NCBI GenBank assembly: GCA_964537115.1
Contig: CAZHYW010000003.1
Location: 26,087-90,086, forward strand
DNA from: an uncultured Candidatus Saccharibacteria bacterium
GTDB lineage: Bacteria > Patescibacteriota > Saccharimonadia > Saccharimonadales > UBA4665
Direction of reading: 5' to 3'
DNA: 64,000 bases
A model generated the notes under the pieces. It was given only the letters and a program-made list of their open reading frames with translations. It was not told the origin of the DNA and did no database searches. Position 1 is the first letter of the stretch, and the number at the start of each line of letters is the position of its first letter. Made by a program: the position numbers and the translations under genes. This document shows, in pieces, positions 8,050 through 16,731 of the stretch.

Positions 8050-8193
8050 CTAGAACCGAGAGATCCGACCACTGTCGCCTTGTAAGCGACGGGCCTTGTT
8101 CTGCCATTTCAGCTCAAAACCGGTAAGCACACTATGAAGTTCTTCGTCAGAGCGTGGAGCTAAGTTGAGTTTGCTGGTAGTGATTCGATCCAT
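8050..8193 (-). CDS. Candidate 47-aa protein (MDRITTSKLNLAPRSDEELHSVLTGFELKWQNKARRLQGDSGRISRF)
   Basis: SD AGGAG lies 7 nt before the ATG, and the terminator at 8001-8029 follows. The ORF is below the track cutoff. Confidence 0.35.
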   Translation of the reverse strand: MDRITTSKLNLAPRSDEELHSVLTGFELKWQNKARRLQGDSGRISRF

Positions 8194-8286
8194 GTGCATT
8201 CTCCTACTTACTCTGTAAGTTTACCGGCATGTCCTGGGAAGCTCCGTAAGATTCATTACAAAAGGCGGAGTTTCTTGGCGGCTTAA

Positions 8287-8481
8287 TTAGCGTTCGTCGG
8301 CCGGGATGTCGGTGCTTAAACGATCGCCGTCGTTGTCACCGTTATCCAACCGTAAGTCGTTCAGCAAATCACGGGCTTCGTCCGGGCTAAGCTCGCCCGG
8401 ACGATAACCGTGCCGAAGTAACAGCTCTTTGTCTTCGTTACTTAAAGGGTTGTAGGTGTAGTGGGGATCATCCTGCGACAT
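8287..8481 (-). CDS. Hypothetical small acidic protein
   Basis: 64-aa ORF sitting in a run of small stress-type genes. Confidence 0.45.
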   Translation of the reverse strand: MSQDDPHYTYNPLSNEDKELLLRHGYRPGELSPDEARDLLNDLRLDNGDNDGDRLSTDIPADER

Positions 8482-8497
8482 TATTTATTGGTCCTGT

Positions 8498-8773
8498 TTA
8501 CACGTTGTGGTGAGCACCTCGCCCGCTAAATAGTTTAACTATGAGGAGCAGAATAACGGCACCTAGTATGGCCACAAGCAGGCTGCCAATGTTAAAACCG
8601 GTAATACCACTGCCACCAAGCGCCCCCATAATCCACCCGCCAATAACTGCGCCGACTATACCAACCACAATATTTCCAATAGCCCCTTGATTGGCGTTAG
8701 TGCCTACCAGCATAGACGCAATCCACCCAGCCAAGCCTCCAAAGAGTATCCAGAGTACGATGTTTAAGAGCAT
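8498..8773 (-). CDS. GlsB/YeaQ/YmgE-family (transglycosylase-associated) small membrane stress protein
   Basis: Gly-rich TM pattern LWILFGGLAGWIA...IVGAVIGGWI, characteristic of the family. Confidence 0.85.
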   Translation of the reverse strand: MLLNIVLWILFGGLAGWIASMLVGTNANQGAIGNIVVGIVGAVIGGWIMGALGGSGITGFNIGSLLVAILGAVILLLIVKLFSGRGAHHNV

Positions 8774-8797
8774 TGCTAGCTCCTTCCCAGGCGGTAG

Positions 8798-9010
8798 TTA
8801 CCTGCTACCCCCTTTACGACCGGCGGCACGGGCCCGCTCTGGGTCGTTTTTAAAATTACCAGGGCTCATGCGCCCACCAATTCTGCCAGCTGCTGCCGCT
8901 CGTTTGGGGTCATTACGAAAATTACCAGAACTCATCATGCCGCCCTTACGACCGGCGCGTGCATGTCCGCCAGGGTCGCCGTGCCAGCCTTTGCCACTGT
9001 GTTGTGTCAT
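8798..9010 (-). CDS. KGG-repeat general stress protein (YciG/GsiB-like)
   Basis: Repeated G(R)KGG...SGNF(R/K)NDP(K/E)RA units. Confidence 0.75.
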   Translation of the reverse strand: MTQHSGKGWHGDPGGHARAGRKGGMMSSGNFRNDPKRAAAAGRIGGRMSPGNFKNDPERARAAGRKGGSR

Positions 9011-9121
9011 ACGCGTGTCTCCTTATGTTACTAAAGCCCTTTCATGGTACGACGAGTCGAAGCGAAGCATCTATAAGATATTTCACTGAGGCCGAACGGG
9101 CGTATTGACCTGAGCTCCATT

Positions 9122-9148
9122 AGTATCTATACTGTTTAGTAGCTAAAC
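9122..9148 (+). promoter_or_regulatory. Candidate MarR operator (two adjacent short palindromes)
   Basis: AGTAT-CT-ATACT (9122-9133) and GTTTAG-TAG-CTAAAC (9134-9148) lie just upstream of TATATAA and the MarR ATG. There is no SD, so the transcript may be leaderless. Confidence 0.3.
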
Positions 9149-9163
9149 TAATCTATATAAAGC

Positions 9164-9631
9164 ATGGGCGACCGCGACCACATTATTCAAAGTTTGTTTG
9201 AAAGCATGACCGCCGTTAAACGGGGCATGGCTGGCCAGCTGCATCTATCAGCACATGACTGCCCCCTGTCGCCAGCGCAACTAGAGCTGCTCTTTGCAAT
9301 TCGTCACGCCCAGCCAGTCAGCTTTAAACAACTGGCCCAACTGCTGTACTTAACACCTGGCGCAATTTCACAGCTGGCCGAAGGGCTAGAACAGCACGGC
9401 TTTATAAGCCGCCGCGCCGACCCGCAGGACCGTCGAGTACAGTGGCTACAAGTCAACAAAAAAGGCCACAAACTGCTCGATGCCGTTGAAAAACGACGTC
9501 GCAGCCTGCTTGAGCTCATAATTGCAGACCTGACAGACGAGGAACTGGCTGTGTGGCTGCGCGTACAGCAAAAGCTCCTCCGGCGCCTTCAGACGGAGAC
9601 AGATACAACAAATAAACAGGAGCAGACATGA
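9164..9631 (+). CDS. MarR-family transcriptional regulator
   Basis: wHTH LSPAQLELLFAIRHAQPVSFKQLAQLLYLTPGAISQLAEGLEQHGFISRRADPQDRR. It overlaps the transporter start as ATGA. Confidence 0.85.
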   Translation: MGDRDHIIQSLFESMTAVKRGMAGQLHLSAHDCPLSPAQLELLFAIRHAQPVSFKQLAQLLYLTPGAISQLAEGLEQHGFISRRADPQDRRVQWLQVNKKGHKLLDAVEKRRRSLLELIIADLTDEELAVWLRVQQKLLRRLQTETDTTNKQEQT

Positions 9632-11256
9632 TATTCTCAAAACTACGCCGCCAGACCAACGAAGCAAGAGCACTAGCCGCCGATGCTGCGCCCGCCGTTA
9701 CCTTGGGCGAAGCGGACCACTTCGAAGAACGTAGCCACACTGAAATCATGGTTATAATTGTGGCCCTCATGCTAGCCATGCTGCTGGCTGCACTCGACCA
9801 GACCATTGTGTCCACTGCTCTGCCCAAGATTGCTAGCGATCTACATGGGCTTAGCAAATACTCGTGGGTGGCCACTTCTTACTTGCTGACCAGTGCTGTA
9901 GCCACACCGCTCTATGGCAAGATTAGCGACATGTTTGGTCGCAAAAAGATTTTTCAGTCGGCTATTATTATTTTTCTAGTAGGATCAGCGCTGTGTGGTG
10001 CTGCCCAGAGCATGAACCAACTGATTATTTTCCGCGGGCTGCAAGGTATTGGTGCGGGCGGACTTATGACGCTAGTTTTTGCCATTATTGGCGACGTGGT
10101 ATCGCCTCGGCAACGAGGACGCTACCAGGGTTACTTTGGTGCGGTGTTCGCGGTATCGAGCGTTATTGGCCCGTTGCTGGGCGGCCTGTTTACCGACCAC
10201 CTAAGCTGGCGGTGGGTATTTTACATAAATCTGCCCATTGGCCTACTAGCACTGAGCGCCATCGCGGCCCGGCTACATCTGCCAGTCCACCGCTCTCCTC
10301 ACAAAATAGACTATGCTGGCGCCGTGCTACTCGCCGTAAGTGTCGTAACGCTGCTACTTGGCACAGTATGGGGCGGAGTAAATTACCCTTGGGCTTCACT
10401 GGAGATTATTGGTTTATTCGCCGGTAGCCTAGCAAGTGCGTTGTTGTTTGTGTGGCGAGAGCGCTACGCAAAAGAACCAATCATATCTCTTACACTGTTC
10501 CGTAACAACGTATTTAGTGTTGCCAGCCTGCTCAGCTTCATTATTGGCGTCGCCATGTTTGGGGCGCTCATATTTCTGCCCGAGTACCAGCAAATCATTC
10601 GTGGTGATTCGGCCACTAAATCGGGCTTAATGCTACTACCGCTCGTAGCCGGCATGATGAGTGCTTCGGTAACCTCCGGCCGACTAATTTCAAAAACCGG
10701 TCGCTACCGCAAATTCCCCATCATGGGGACTGCGGCAGTAACTTTGGCCTTTTGGCTATTCAGTCATATTGCCGTAGGTACCAATCGACTCTGGCTCGCC
10801 GTATGGATGGTCATCCTGGGCCTGGGTATAGGTATGGTCATGCCCGTACTCACCCTGGCCGTGCAGAACGCCGTGGAGCGTAAACACTTAGGAACCGCCA
10901 CTTCTTCGGTTACCTTTTTCCGTAGCATTGGCAGCTCCCTGGGTGCAGCCGTGTTTGGTGCCATACTCATTAACCGGTTAACAGCACATCTGGGCCAAGC
11001 TCTACCGGGGAGTGCTGCCGCCAAAGCCGCCAAGAGTCTCAGTAGTAGTGCTGCTAGCCTGCACCAGTTCCCACCGAGCGTAGTAGAAAAAATTCTGACG
11101 GCCTTCGCCAATTCGTTCCATGACGTATTTCTAATAGGCGTACCTTTTGCGCTGCTGGCGTTCGTGGTAGCTCTGTTCCTAAAGGAGTCACCCCTACGCA
11201 GCTCCGCCAAAGGAGAGGCCGAAGGCGAAGGCCTAGAGGTCTCTCACGCCGGCTAG
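9628..11256 (+). CDS. MFS transporter, DHA2 (EmrB/QacA-like, 14-TMS) drug:H+ antiporter family
   Basis: 542 aa with the motif LDQTIVSTALPKIASDL and GKISDMFGRKK. Confidence 0.9.
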   Translation: MIFSKLRRQTNEARALAADAAPAVTLGEADHFEERSHTEIMVIIVALMLAMLLAALDQTIVSTALPKIASDLHGLSKYSWVATSYLLTSAVATPLYGKISDMFGRKKIFQSAIIIFLVGSALCGAAQSMNQLIIFRGLQGIGAGGLMTLVFAIIGDVVSPRQRGRYQGYFGAVFAVSSVIGPLLGGLFTDHLSWRWVFYINLPIGLLALSAIAARLHLPVHRSPHKIDYAGAVLLAVSVVTLLLGTVWGGVNYPWASLEIIGLFAGSLASALLFVWRERYAKEPIISLTLFRNNVFSVASLLSFIIGVAMFGALIFLPEYQQIIRGDSATKSGLMLLPLVAGMMSASVTSGRLISKTGRYRKFPIMGTAAVTLAFWLFSHIAVGTNRLWLAVWMVILGLGIGMVMPVLTLAVQNAVERKHLGTATSSVTFFRSIGSSLGAAVFGAILINRLTAHLGQALPGSAAAKAAKSLSSSAASLHQFPPSVVEKILTAFANSFHDVFLIGVPFALLAFVVALFLKESPLRSSAKGEAEGEGLEVSHAG

Positions 11257-11570
11257 AGCTTAGGCCAGACTACTTTGGCGATGATAGATTTGGCCTGCAC
11301 CCAGCCAAAGCTTCGACTGTCCGTACTAGCCGAAGCGTTATCACCCAGCAGGTAAATAAGGTCACCCTGCTGCTTTTCAATCCGTTTAATCTTTTCGAGT
11401 CCGTGGTGACTTACAATTACCACATCACCGGGCCGTAACTGGCGAGTTTGGCGTCCAATAACCAGCTGGCCGGCACGCAAACTAGGCGCCATGCTGTCAC
11501 CTTCCACCTGGCGAATCAGGAAGTGTTTATTAGGCTTTCTTTGTCGCCCAAAATATTTCGGCGATTTCAT
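11253..11570 (-). CDS. sodX: S26-family peptidase, NiSOD maturation protease-like
   Basis: Catalytic boxes GDSMAPSL and GDNASASTDSRSFG. It sits immediately downstream of sodN and overlaps it. Confidence 0.7.
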   Translation of the reverse strand: MKSPKYFGRQRKPNKHFLIRQVEGDSMAPSLRAGQLVIGRQTRQLRPGDVVIVSHHGLEKIKRIEKQQGDLIYLLGDNASASTDSRSFGWVQAKSIIAKVVWPKL

Positions 11571-11913
11571 CTATCATATCCAGCAGTTTTTGGCCTTCAG
11601 CCGGGTTGGCGTGGTGCTTGCATTCGCCGGCTTGCTTGGTGGCCTTCCAAAATTTGTCGTGCAAATCAGGATGTTTTTCTAGGTGCTCTGGTTTGAAATA
11701 GTCAGTCCACAACACCCACAGGTGGTGTTTTACTAGCTCCACCCGCTCTTCTTTGAGCATAAGTGCTCGAAGCCGGTCATCGCCTTCCATGCCTTCCATT
11801 TTGGCCATAATGGCAGCCACGCTTTGGGCTTCAATGCGCGCCTGCGCCGGGTCATACACACCGCACGGCAAATCGCAGTGCGCATACACGGGTTTTATAA
11901 ACGATAATTTCAT
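11530..11913 (-). CDS. sodN: Nickel superoxide dismutase precursor
   Basis: Pro-peptide MKLSFIKPVYA followed by the Ni-hook HCDLPCGVYDP. SD AGGAGGAGG lies 7 nt before the ATG at 11913. Confidence 0.9.
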   Translation of the reverse strand: MKLSFIKPVYAHCDLPCGVYDPAQARIEAQSVAAIMAKMEGMEGDDRLRALMLKEERVELVKHHLWVLWTDYFKPEHLEKHPDLHDKFWKATKQAGECKHHANPAEGQKLLDMIDEIAEIFWATKKA

Positions 11914-12039
11914 AGTTACGCCTCCTCCTAGCGTTGTAGTATAGCCCATAAGTCCTCGCTCGGTCGTGCAGATTTTATACAATTGCATCGCCGGGTAGTC
12001 TGCTTATAATTAGACGGATACATTTAGGAGATACCTAAC

Positions 12040-12660
12040 TTGGCACACTCTGCCGAAGACTTACAAGAGCTAGATAGCGTGATCGCAGCGTGCGGGCAAG
12101 ATACCCATAGAGCCCTGGAGCTTGCATTCGCTCTGGGCAACTATGGCATTGGAACGGCTATATCGGCTCCTGTCCATACGCCAACTGATCAGCGTTCCTC
12201 TTTCGCCGACGGCCACCTTTCTAGTTGGCGCGTAGTCAATCTGGACACCGAAGGCGGCACGGAGCCAACGGTAAAGATTGCCAATACAGCCCGCACAGTC
12301 ATATGGTGCGCGCTCGGAGATGCCAATGTGCCTCAGCAGCGCCGCATAAACAGGATTGGTCTAGCCCCTGGGCCCCACCGGCGGGGCACACACGGGTATG
12401 TCTGGCGGGGAGATGGCTATGAATTACTTGGGCAGAGAGATGTGGTAGCCGCCGTGAGAAGACGCTGCGAAGCTAATCCCGATGAAATTATAGGGTGGGC
12501 GGATATAGTAAGACCCCATAACAAGAAAGATCTTGTGCCAGTCCCCGATGAGCCCCACCACTTTTACGTGCCCTACGCCTTGGACACTCTACGCTCTCTG
12601 CCCATTACAGCGGGCGCTCTTTCGTTACTCGGATTCAGTGCCATAACCCTATTCGATTAG
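12040..12660 (+). CDS. Hypothetical protein (TTG start)
   Basis: 206-aa ORF with SD TAGGAG upstream. I recognise no family. Confidence 0.45.
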   Translation: MAHSAEDLQELDSVIAACGQDTHRALELAFALGNYGIGTAISAPVHTPTDQRSSFADGHLSSWRVVNLDTEGGTEPTVKIANTARTVIWCALGDANVPQQRRINRIGLAPGPHRRGTHGYVWRGDGYELLGQRDVVAAVRRRCEANPDEIIGWADIVRPHNKKDLVPVPDEPHHFYVPYALDTLRSLPITAGALSLLGFSAITLFD

Positions 12661-12687
12661 GCTGGGCAAAAACTTAGCTGAACGCAT

Positions 12688-13338
12688 TTAGGCTTTGTGG
12701 CCGTGCGATTTTCGCCATTTGGCGATTTCGGCGTGGTGGCCGGTGAGGAGCACCTCCGGCACACGCTGGCCGCGGAAATCTTCGGGGCGGGTGTATTGGG
12801 GGAACTCAACCGTTTCATCGTCGGTTTGGAACGATTCAATCTCCACGCTGGTCTCACCGCCGAGTACACCGGGAAGCAGCCGTACTACGCTATCTATGAT
12901 GACCATAGCCGGTAGCTCACCCCCGGTTAGCACGTAGTTACCGATGGAATACTGCTGGTCCACGTAAGCCGTAATCCGTTCGTCGTAGCCCTCATACCTC
13001 GGACAAATTAGGATGATCCCCCGGCCACTGGCCGCTGTGGCCTTCGCATGAGACTGCAGAAAGGTTTTACCCCTGGGGGTAGGCAGAATGACTGCTGCCG
13101 TTGGATCGTTGGCTTTAGCGGCTTCTACAGCGGCCGCTAAGGTGTCGACCCGGAGTAGCATGCCGTCGCCGCCGCCGTAAGGTGTATCATCGACCTGTTT
13201 GCGTGGGCCCAGCCCATAGTCGCGCAGATTTATAAAGCTATATTCTACAATACCGCGGTCGCTCGCCTTCCACAGCATGCTACTGCCCAGCACCCCGGTA
13301 AACATTTCCGGGAACAAAGTAATGACTTGGATTTTCAT
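12688..13338 (-). CDS. trmD: tRNA (guanine37-N1)-methyltransferase
   Basis: MKIQVITLFPEMF..., YEGYDERI and GGELPAM motifs. Confidence 0.93.
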   Translation of the reverse strand: MKIQVITLFPEMFTGVLGSSMLWKASDRGIVEYSFINLRDYGLGPRKQVDDTPYGGGDGMLLRVDTLAAAVEAAKANDPTAAVILPTPRGKTFLQSHAKATAASGRGIILICPRYEGYDERITAYVDQQYSIGNYVLTGGELPAMVIIDSVVRLLPGVLGGETSVEIESFQTDDETVEFPQYTRPEDFRGQRVPEVLLTGHHAEIAKWRKSHGHKA

Positions 13339-13412
13339 TACTAGCAATTATACGGCAAACACCGTCGAAACGGAGGCGAGCTATTACAGCACTATATTAC
13401 AACAGCACGGTA

Positions 13413-13441
13413 TTGACATAAGCGCCTTAGTCGTATATAAT
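13413..13441 (+). promoter_or_regulatory. Consensus sigma70-type promoter
   Basis: Exact TTGACA-17 nt-TATAAT, about 30 nt upstream of the LPXTG protein gene. Confidence 0.6.
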
Positions 13442-13473
13442 TAGCACAAGAATTACCGTAAGGAGGCATGGAG

Positions 13474-14061
13474 ATGCGTATTAGCAAACCCCTTATTTTA
13501 GCAACTGCTGGTGTTTTGGCCGGTATAACTGCTGGCGCCCTATCTTTGACGGCTCAGGCCGACAGCACCACGGCTTGTACAGTTATGTCGACTGGCAAAA
13601 AGAACACTGCCGGCAATGCTGACAGCCGCTTTGTACTAAACAACGACGGCACTGTGAGCGCAACTTTTACCGTAACAGGCACCGACTGCAATGAAGCCGT
13701 AACGATTGCTTCCTGGCAGGCCCCCGACAACATGAAAGGCCAGCCCTATAGCGAGCAAAAGCTATTCGCCCACACCACCGATACTTTCACCACTGGCACA
13801 CATACTATTAGCGTTGCCCTGCCCGGCTGTTTCTACCAAGTAGACCTTATTCGCGGCAGCAACACAACTGGCCCTGACGGCAGCGCCGTTTACACCAAAG
13901 GCAGCCTGATGGGCTCCCTGCATGGTGGAACCCAAACCTGCACACCGCCTACCCCTCCCGTGCTGCCCAAGACTGGTAGCGGACTGGGCATTTTCATAGC
14001 CAGCAGCGTGGCGGCAATGATTGGCTACGGCGTAAGCTTGTTTCGCAAAACCCGCGCATAG
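13474..14061 (+). CDS. Secreted LPXTG-anchored surface protein
   Basis: N-terminal signal peptide. C-terminal LPKTG plus a hydrophobic stretch plus RKTRA. SD AAGGAGG sits 7 nt before the ATG at 13474 (the ORF opens at 13468). Confidence 0.75.
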   Translation: MRISKPLILATAGVLAGITAGALSLTAQADSTTACTVMSTGKKNTAGNADSRFVLNNDGTVSATFTVTGTDCNEAVTIASWQAPDNMKGQPYSEQKLFAHTTDTFTTGTHTISVALPGCFYQVDLIRGSNTTGPDGSAVYTKGSLMGSLHGGTQTCTPPTPPVLPKTGSGLGIFIASSVAAMIGYGVSLFRKTRA

Positions 14062-14086
14062 CACTAGTACATTTGTAGCGCCACAC

Positions 14087-14118
14087 AAAAAGACCCCTAT
14101 ATAATTAGGGGTCTTTTT
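14087..14118. terminator. Bidirectional hairpin terminator
   Basis: AAAAAGACCCCTA-TATAAT-TAGGGGTCTTTTT. Confidence 0.7.
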
Positions 14119-14277
14119 GCCACATATAAAGCTCCCACGTTAGTTCTTGCGTGGCTCGCAGTTGAGCTTGTTTACGGTGTTTGTATTTGAAAGATCACTT
14201 CCAGAGGAAGCTTATAGAGTACTATAGCGTAAGCTGTTTAGTTTGGCAAGTACGAAGCTTAGAAGCCCGCCTGGAGA

Positions 14278-14724
14278 CTAGATGTCAAGGTCGTCCAAAT
14301 CGGCCAGCTCTTTGCGGGTACGGCTTACCGTGTCGCTCTCGCGCGTAGCCGTCTTAGTTTGTTCTTCGTCATCGTCGTCGCTGGTAGCGGGAGCAACGCT
14401 ATCGTCAGCGTCATCAGTAGTATCGTCTTGGCTGCTCAGGGCAGCAGCGCTTACGCCCCGCTCACTCTCCGGGCGGTCTACATCTACAATCTTAAGGTTA
14501 TAGCGAGCCTCATTTTTAGTGCCAAGGGCTCGCAGTAAGGTACGCAAACTCTGCGCCGTAGCGCCACGTTTGCCAATAACGCGGCCTAGATCTTCAGCGT
14601 CCACGGTAAGCTCTAGTAGTACACCCTTTTCGTCAATACGGCGTTCTATGCTTACGGCTTCGGGGTTATTGACAAGAGATTTAACGATAAATTCTACAAA
14701 CTGCTGATCAATGCTGGTAGCCAT
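14278..14724 (-). CDS. KH-domain RNA-binding protein (KhpA/YlqC-like) with a long acidic C-terminal tail
   Basis: GRVIGKRGATAQSLRTLL is a KH GXXG motif. The position after rpsP is conserved. Confidence 0.8.
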   Translation of the reverse strand: MATSIDQQFVEFIVKSLVNNPEAVSIERRIDEKGVLLELTVDAEDLGRVIGKRGATAQSLRTLLRALGTKNEARYNLKIVDVDRPESERGVSAAALSSQDDTTDDADDSVAPATSDDDDEEQTKTATRESDTVSRTRKELADLDDLDI

Positions 14725-14832
14725 AACAGTAGGTGCTCCTTTTTCAGGTTGCTAAGAGTGCATTATAGCAGAGAGCTATAAGCACTTTAGCCTGAAATAT
14801 TACATTTATTATAAACGGGTAGGCGCCTTGTC

Positions 14833-15261
14833 TTACGCTTCTTGTGCAGGTTCCTCTGCAGGGGCTATAGCCTCGGCCGCCTCTACCTCTGGCTCGCTCG
14901 CTGGGGTTTCAGCCTCAGCCGGAGCCGCTTCCACCGTTACCTCTTCCTTTGGACGGTTACGGCGGAGTTTCTCGGGCTTGCGAACAGTACCCGACTTCTT
15001 GTCGAGCGGCGCTACCCAAGCTGGTAGCTGCACACCTTCGCTTTTTAGAAGAGTAACAGCGCGCGGGCTAGGTTGCGCGCCATTAGTGAGGTAAAAACTA
15101 GCTTTTTCGTTATCCAGCGTAACAGCCTTGCTGTGCGGATCGTAAGTGCCCAGCTGAGCAACTATCTTACCGCTGGTGGGCGTACGACGACTGTCTTGAA
15201 CCACCACTCGGAACATGGCGTGACCCTTGCGGCCGGTACGTTGCAGACGAATAGCTAACAT
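14833..15261 (-). CDS. rpsP: 30S ribosomal protein S16 with a C-terminal Ala/Glu/Pro-rich extension
   Basis: MLAIRLQRTGRKGHAMFRVVV... is a canonical bS16 N-terminus. Confidence 0.93.
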   Translation of the reverse strand: MLAIRLQRTGRKGHAMFRVVVQDSRRTPTSGKIVAQLGTYDPHSKAVTLDNEKASFYLTNGAQPSPRAVTLLKSEGVQLPAWVAPLDKKSGTVRKPEKLRRNRPKEEVTVEAAPAEAETPASEPEVEAAEAIAPAEEPAQEA

Positions 15262-15390
15262 ATTGTCCTAAAACTCTCTTCTTGTCTTCTGCCCATAAAC
15301 GGCAGCATTTAATAATATGGTACTGATCTACATTTTACAGATACCGACCTCTATTGTCAAACCCTCCGCATATCATGACAGGCTTGCGTT

Positions 15391-15918
15391 ATGCACATAT
15401 GCATTGTATGGTATGAGCTGATGCAAGTCTACCGTTCGATTGAAAGCTTATTTACGACCGATACGCCAGACGTCTTGTGGCGAGACCCTAGACGCTACGC
15501 CGCGGTTGCCTTAGACGTCCACCCGGCAACACACCACCACCTTTTGGTCGTCATTCGTACCCCGGACGCTGCTCGCAGCCAGGTGCGAATGCCGTGGCAC
15601 CACTTGCCCGCAGCTATTCGCCAAGCCGGTCATCTCTTGGTCGATTTGGCGCAAGAACGCCTGTACGAAATGGTCGCCCCACCAGACGTAGTAACCACCG
15701 TTATGTCTGGGCGCAGTGTTATCGAGCCGCATGTACATCTCATGTCGGGCGGCGACCCCACCGAGCTGTGGAGGGCTGAACGCTACCACGACACCAACAA
15801 GCTAGAGCCAGACCTGTGCGGAGCACTGGCAGGTGAGATCGACTTTTGGGCAGTTGCCGAGCGCGCGGACACAATATTTGAAGGAGTGGACTTCTCGCCA
15901 CTTGGCCGGCCAGATTAG
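15391..15918 (+). CDS. Hypothetical protein, possibly HIT-like (degenerate histidine triad)
   Basis: The HPATHHHLLVV and EPHVHLM segments resemble a HIT fold. The start is uncertain (alternative ATG at 15421). Confidence 0.35.
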   Translation: MHICIVWYELMQVYRSIESLFTTDTPDVLWRDPRRYAAVALDVHPATHHHLLVVIRTPDAARSQVRMPWHHLPAAIRQAGHLLVDLAQERLYEMVAPPDVVTTVMSGRSVIEPHVHLMSGGDPTELWRAERYHDTNKLEPDLCGALAGEIDFWAVAERADTIFEGVDFSPLGRPD

Positions 15919-15935
15919 CTTGACTGCATGCAAGC

Positions 15936-16628
15936 TTACCGGTACTTCTGGAGCGCCGCAGTAGCGGCAGCGACTTGAGCCGCCTGCTTGCTGGGACCTG
16001 TACCTTGACCCTTTAGTTCACCGTCTACATATATGCCGACCGTAAAGGTTTTGTCGTGGTCGGGGCCTTCTTCGCTGAGCACTTTGTACTGCGGCGTACT
16101 GCCGCCCTGAGCCTGTACTACCTCTTGTAAATGACTTTTTGGGTCCATCCAGGAACCGCTTTTGAGTATGTCGTCGAAAGTGCTTAAAATGTTGGCCGTA
16201 ATAAACTGTTTGGCCGCTTCGTAGCCCTTGTCGAGGTACAGTGCGCCCACCACAGCCTCAAAGCTGTTGGCCAAAATCTGCGCCCGGGCACGTTCAGTAC
16301 CGCGCTTTTCGCCGCGGCTCAGGCGCAAAAGTGACTCAAAGCCCAGTCGGGACGCTGCCGCGCCAATCGATTCGGTGCGCACTAAGCTACTGCGCCAGTT
16401 GGTAAGTATGCCCTCCGGCTCCGTGTAGTTAGCGTACAAAAATTCGGTTACTACCAGCTCCAGCACGGCATCACCTAGGAATTCCAGGCGTTCATTGTGC
16501 TCGCTGACCGTACTGCGATGTTCGTTTAGGTAGCTACGGTGGGTTAGGGCCGTAATAAGCAGGTCCAGGTTGGCAAATGCCCCACCTAGTTTGTCTTTGG
16601 CAAGTTGTTGATAGGCTGTTGTGTCCAT
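15936..16628 (-). CDS. rnc: Ribonuclease III
   Basis: Signature ERLEFLGDAVLELVV plus a C-terminal dsRBD. Confidence 0.93.
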   Translation of the reverse strand: MDTTAYQQLAKDKLGGAFANLDLLITALTHRSYLNEHRSTVSEHNERLEFLGDAVLELVVTEFLYANYTEPEGILTNWRSSLVRTESIGAAASRLGFESLLRLSRGEKRGTERARAQILANSFEAVVGALYLDKGYEAAKQFITANILSTFDDILKSGSWMDPKSHLQEVVQAQGGSTPQYKVLSEEGPDHDKTFTVGIYVDGELKGQGTGPSKQAAQVAAATAALQKYR

Positions 16629-16657
16629 AATGTTCGTTTATGCCATTTACCGTTTTT

Positions 16658-16707
16658 CGTTTATCGTAAGAGCTTTTCCCCAAACGACAAACGATGCACG
16701 ATAAACG
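16658..16707 (-). promoter_or_regulatory. Inverted repeat in the rnc 5' leader
   Basis: CGTTTATCGT (16658-16667) pairs with ACGATAAACG (16698-16707). The 103-nt spacer holds about 9 CGTTT/AAACG pentamers. Confidence 0.25.
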
Positions 16708-16731
16708 TTTACTGTAACGTTTGAAGCCTCC

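Noticed and set aside
7853-8107. 84-aa minus-strand ORF.
   Set aside because: It reads through the terminator hairpin at 8001-8029 and overlaps the 3' end of the TrmB2 gene. A shorter 47-aa ORF in another frame has an SD and uses the terminator properly.
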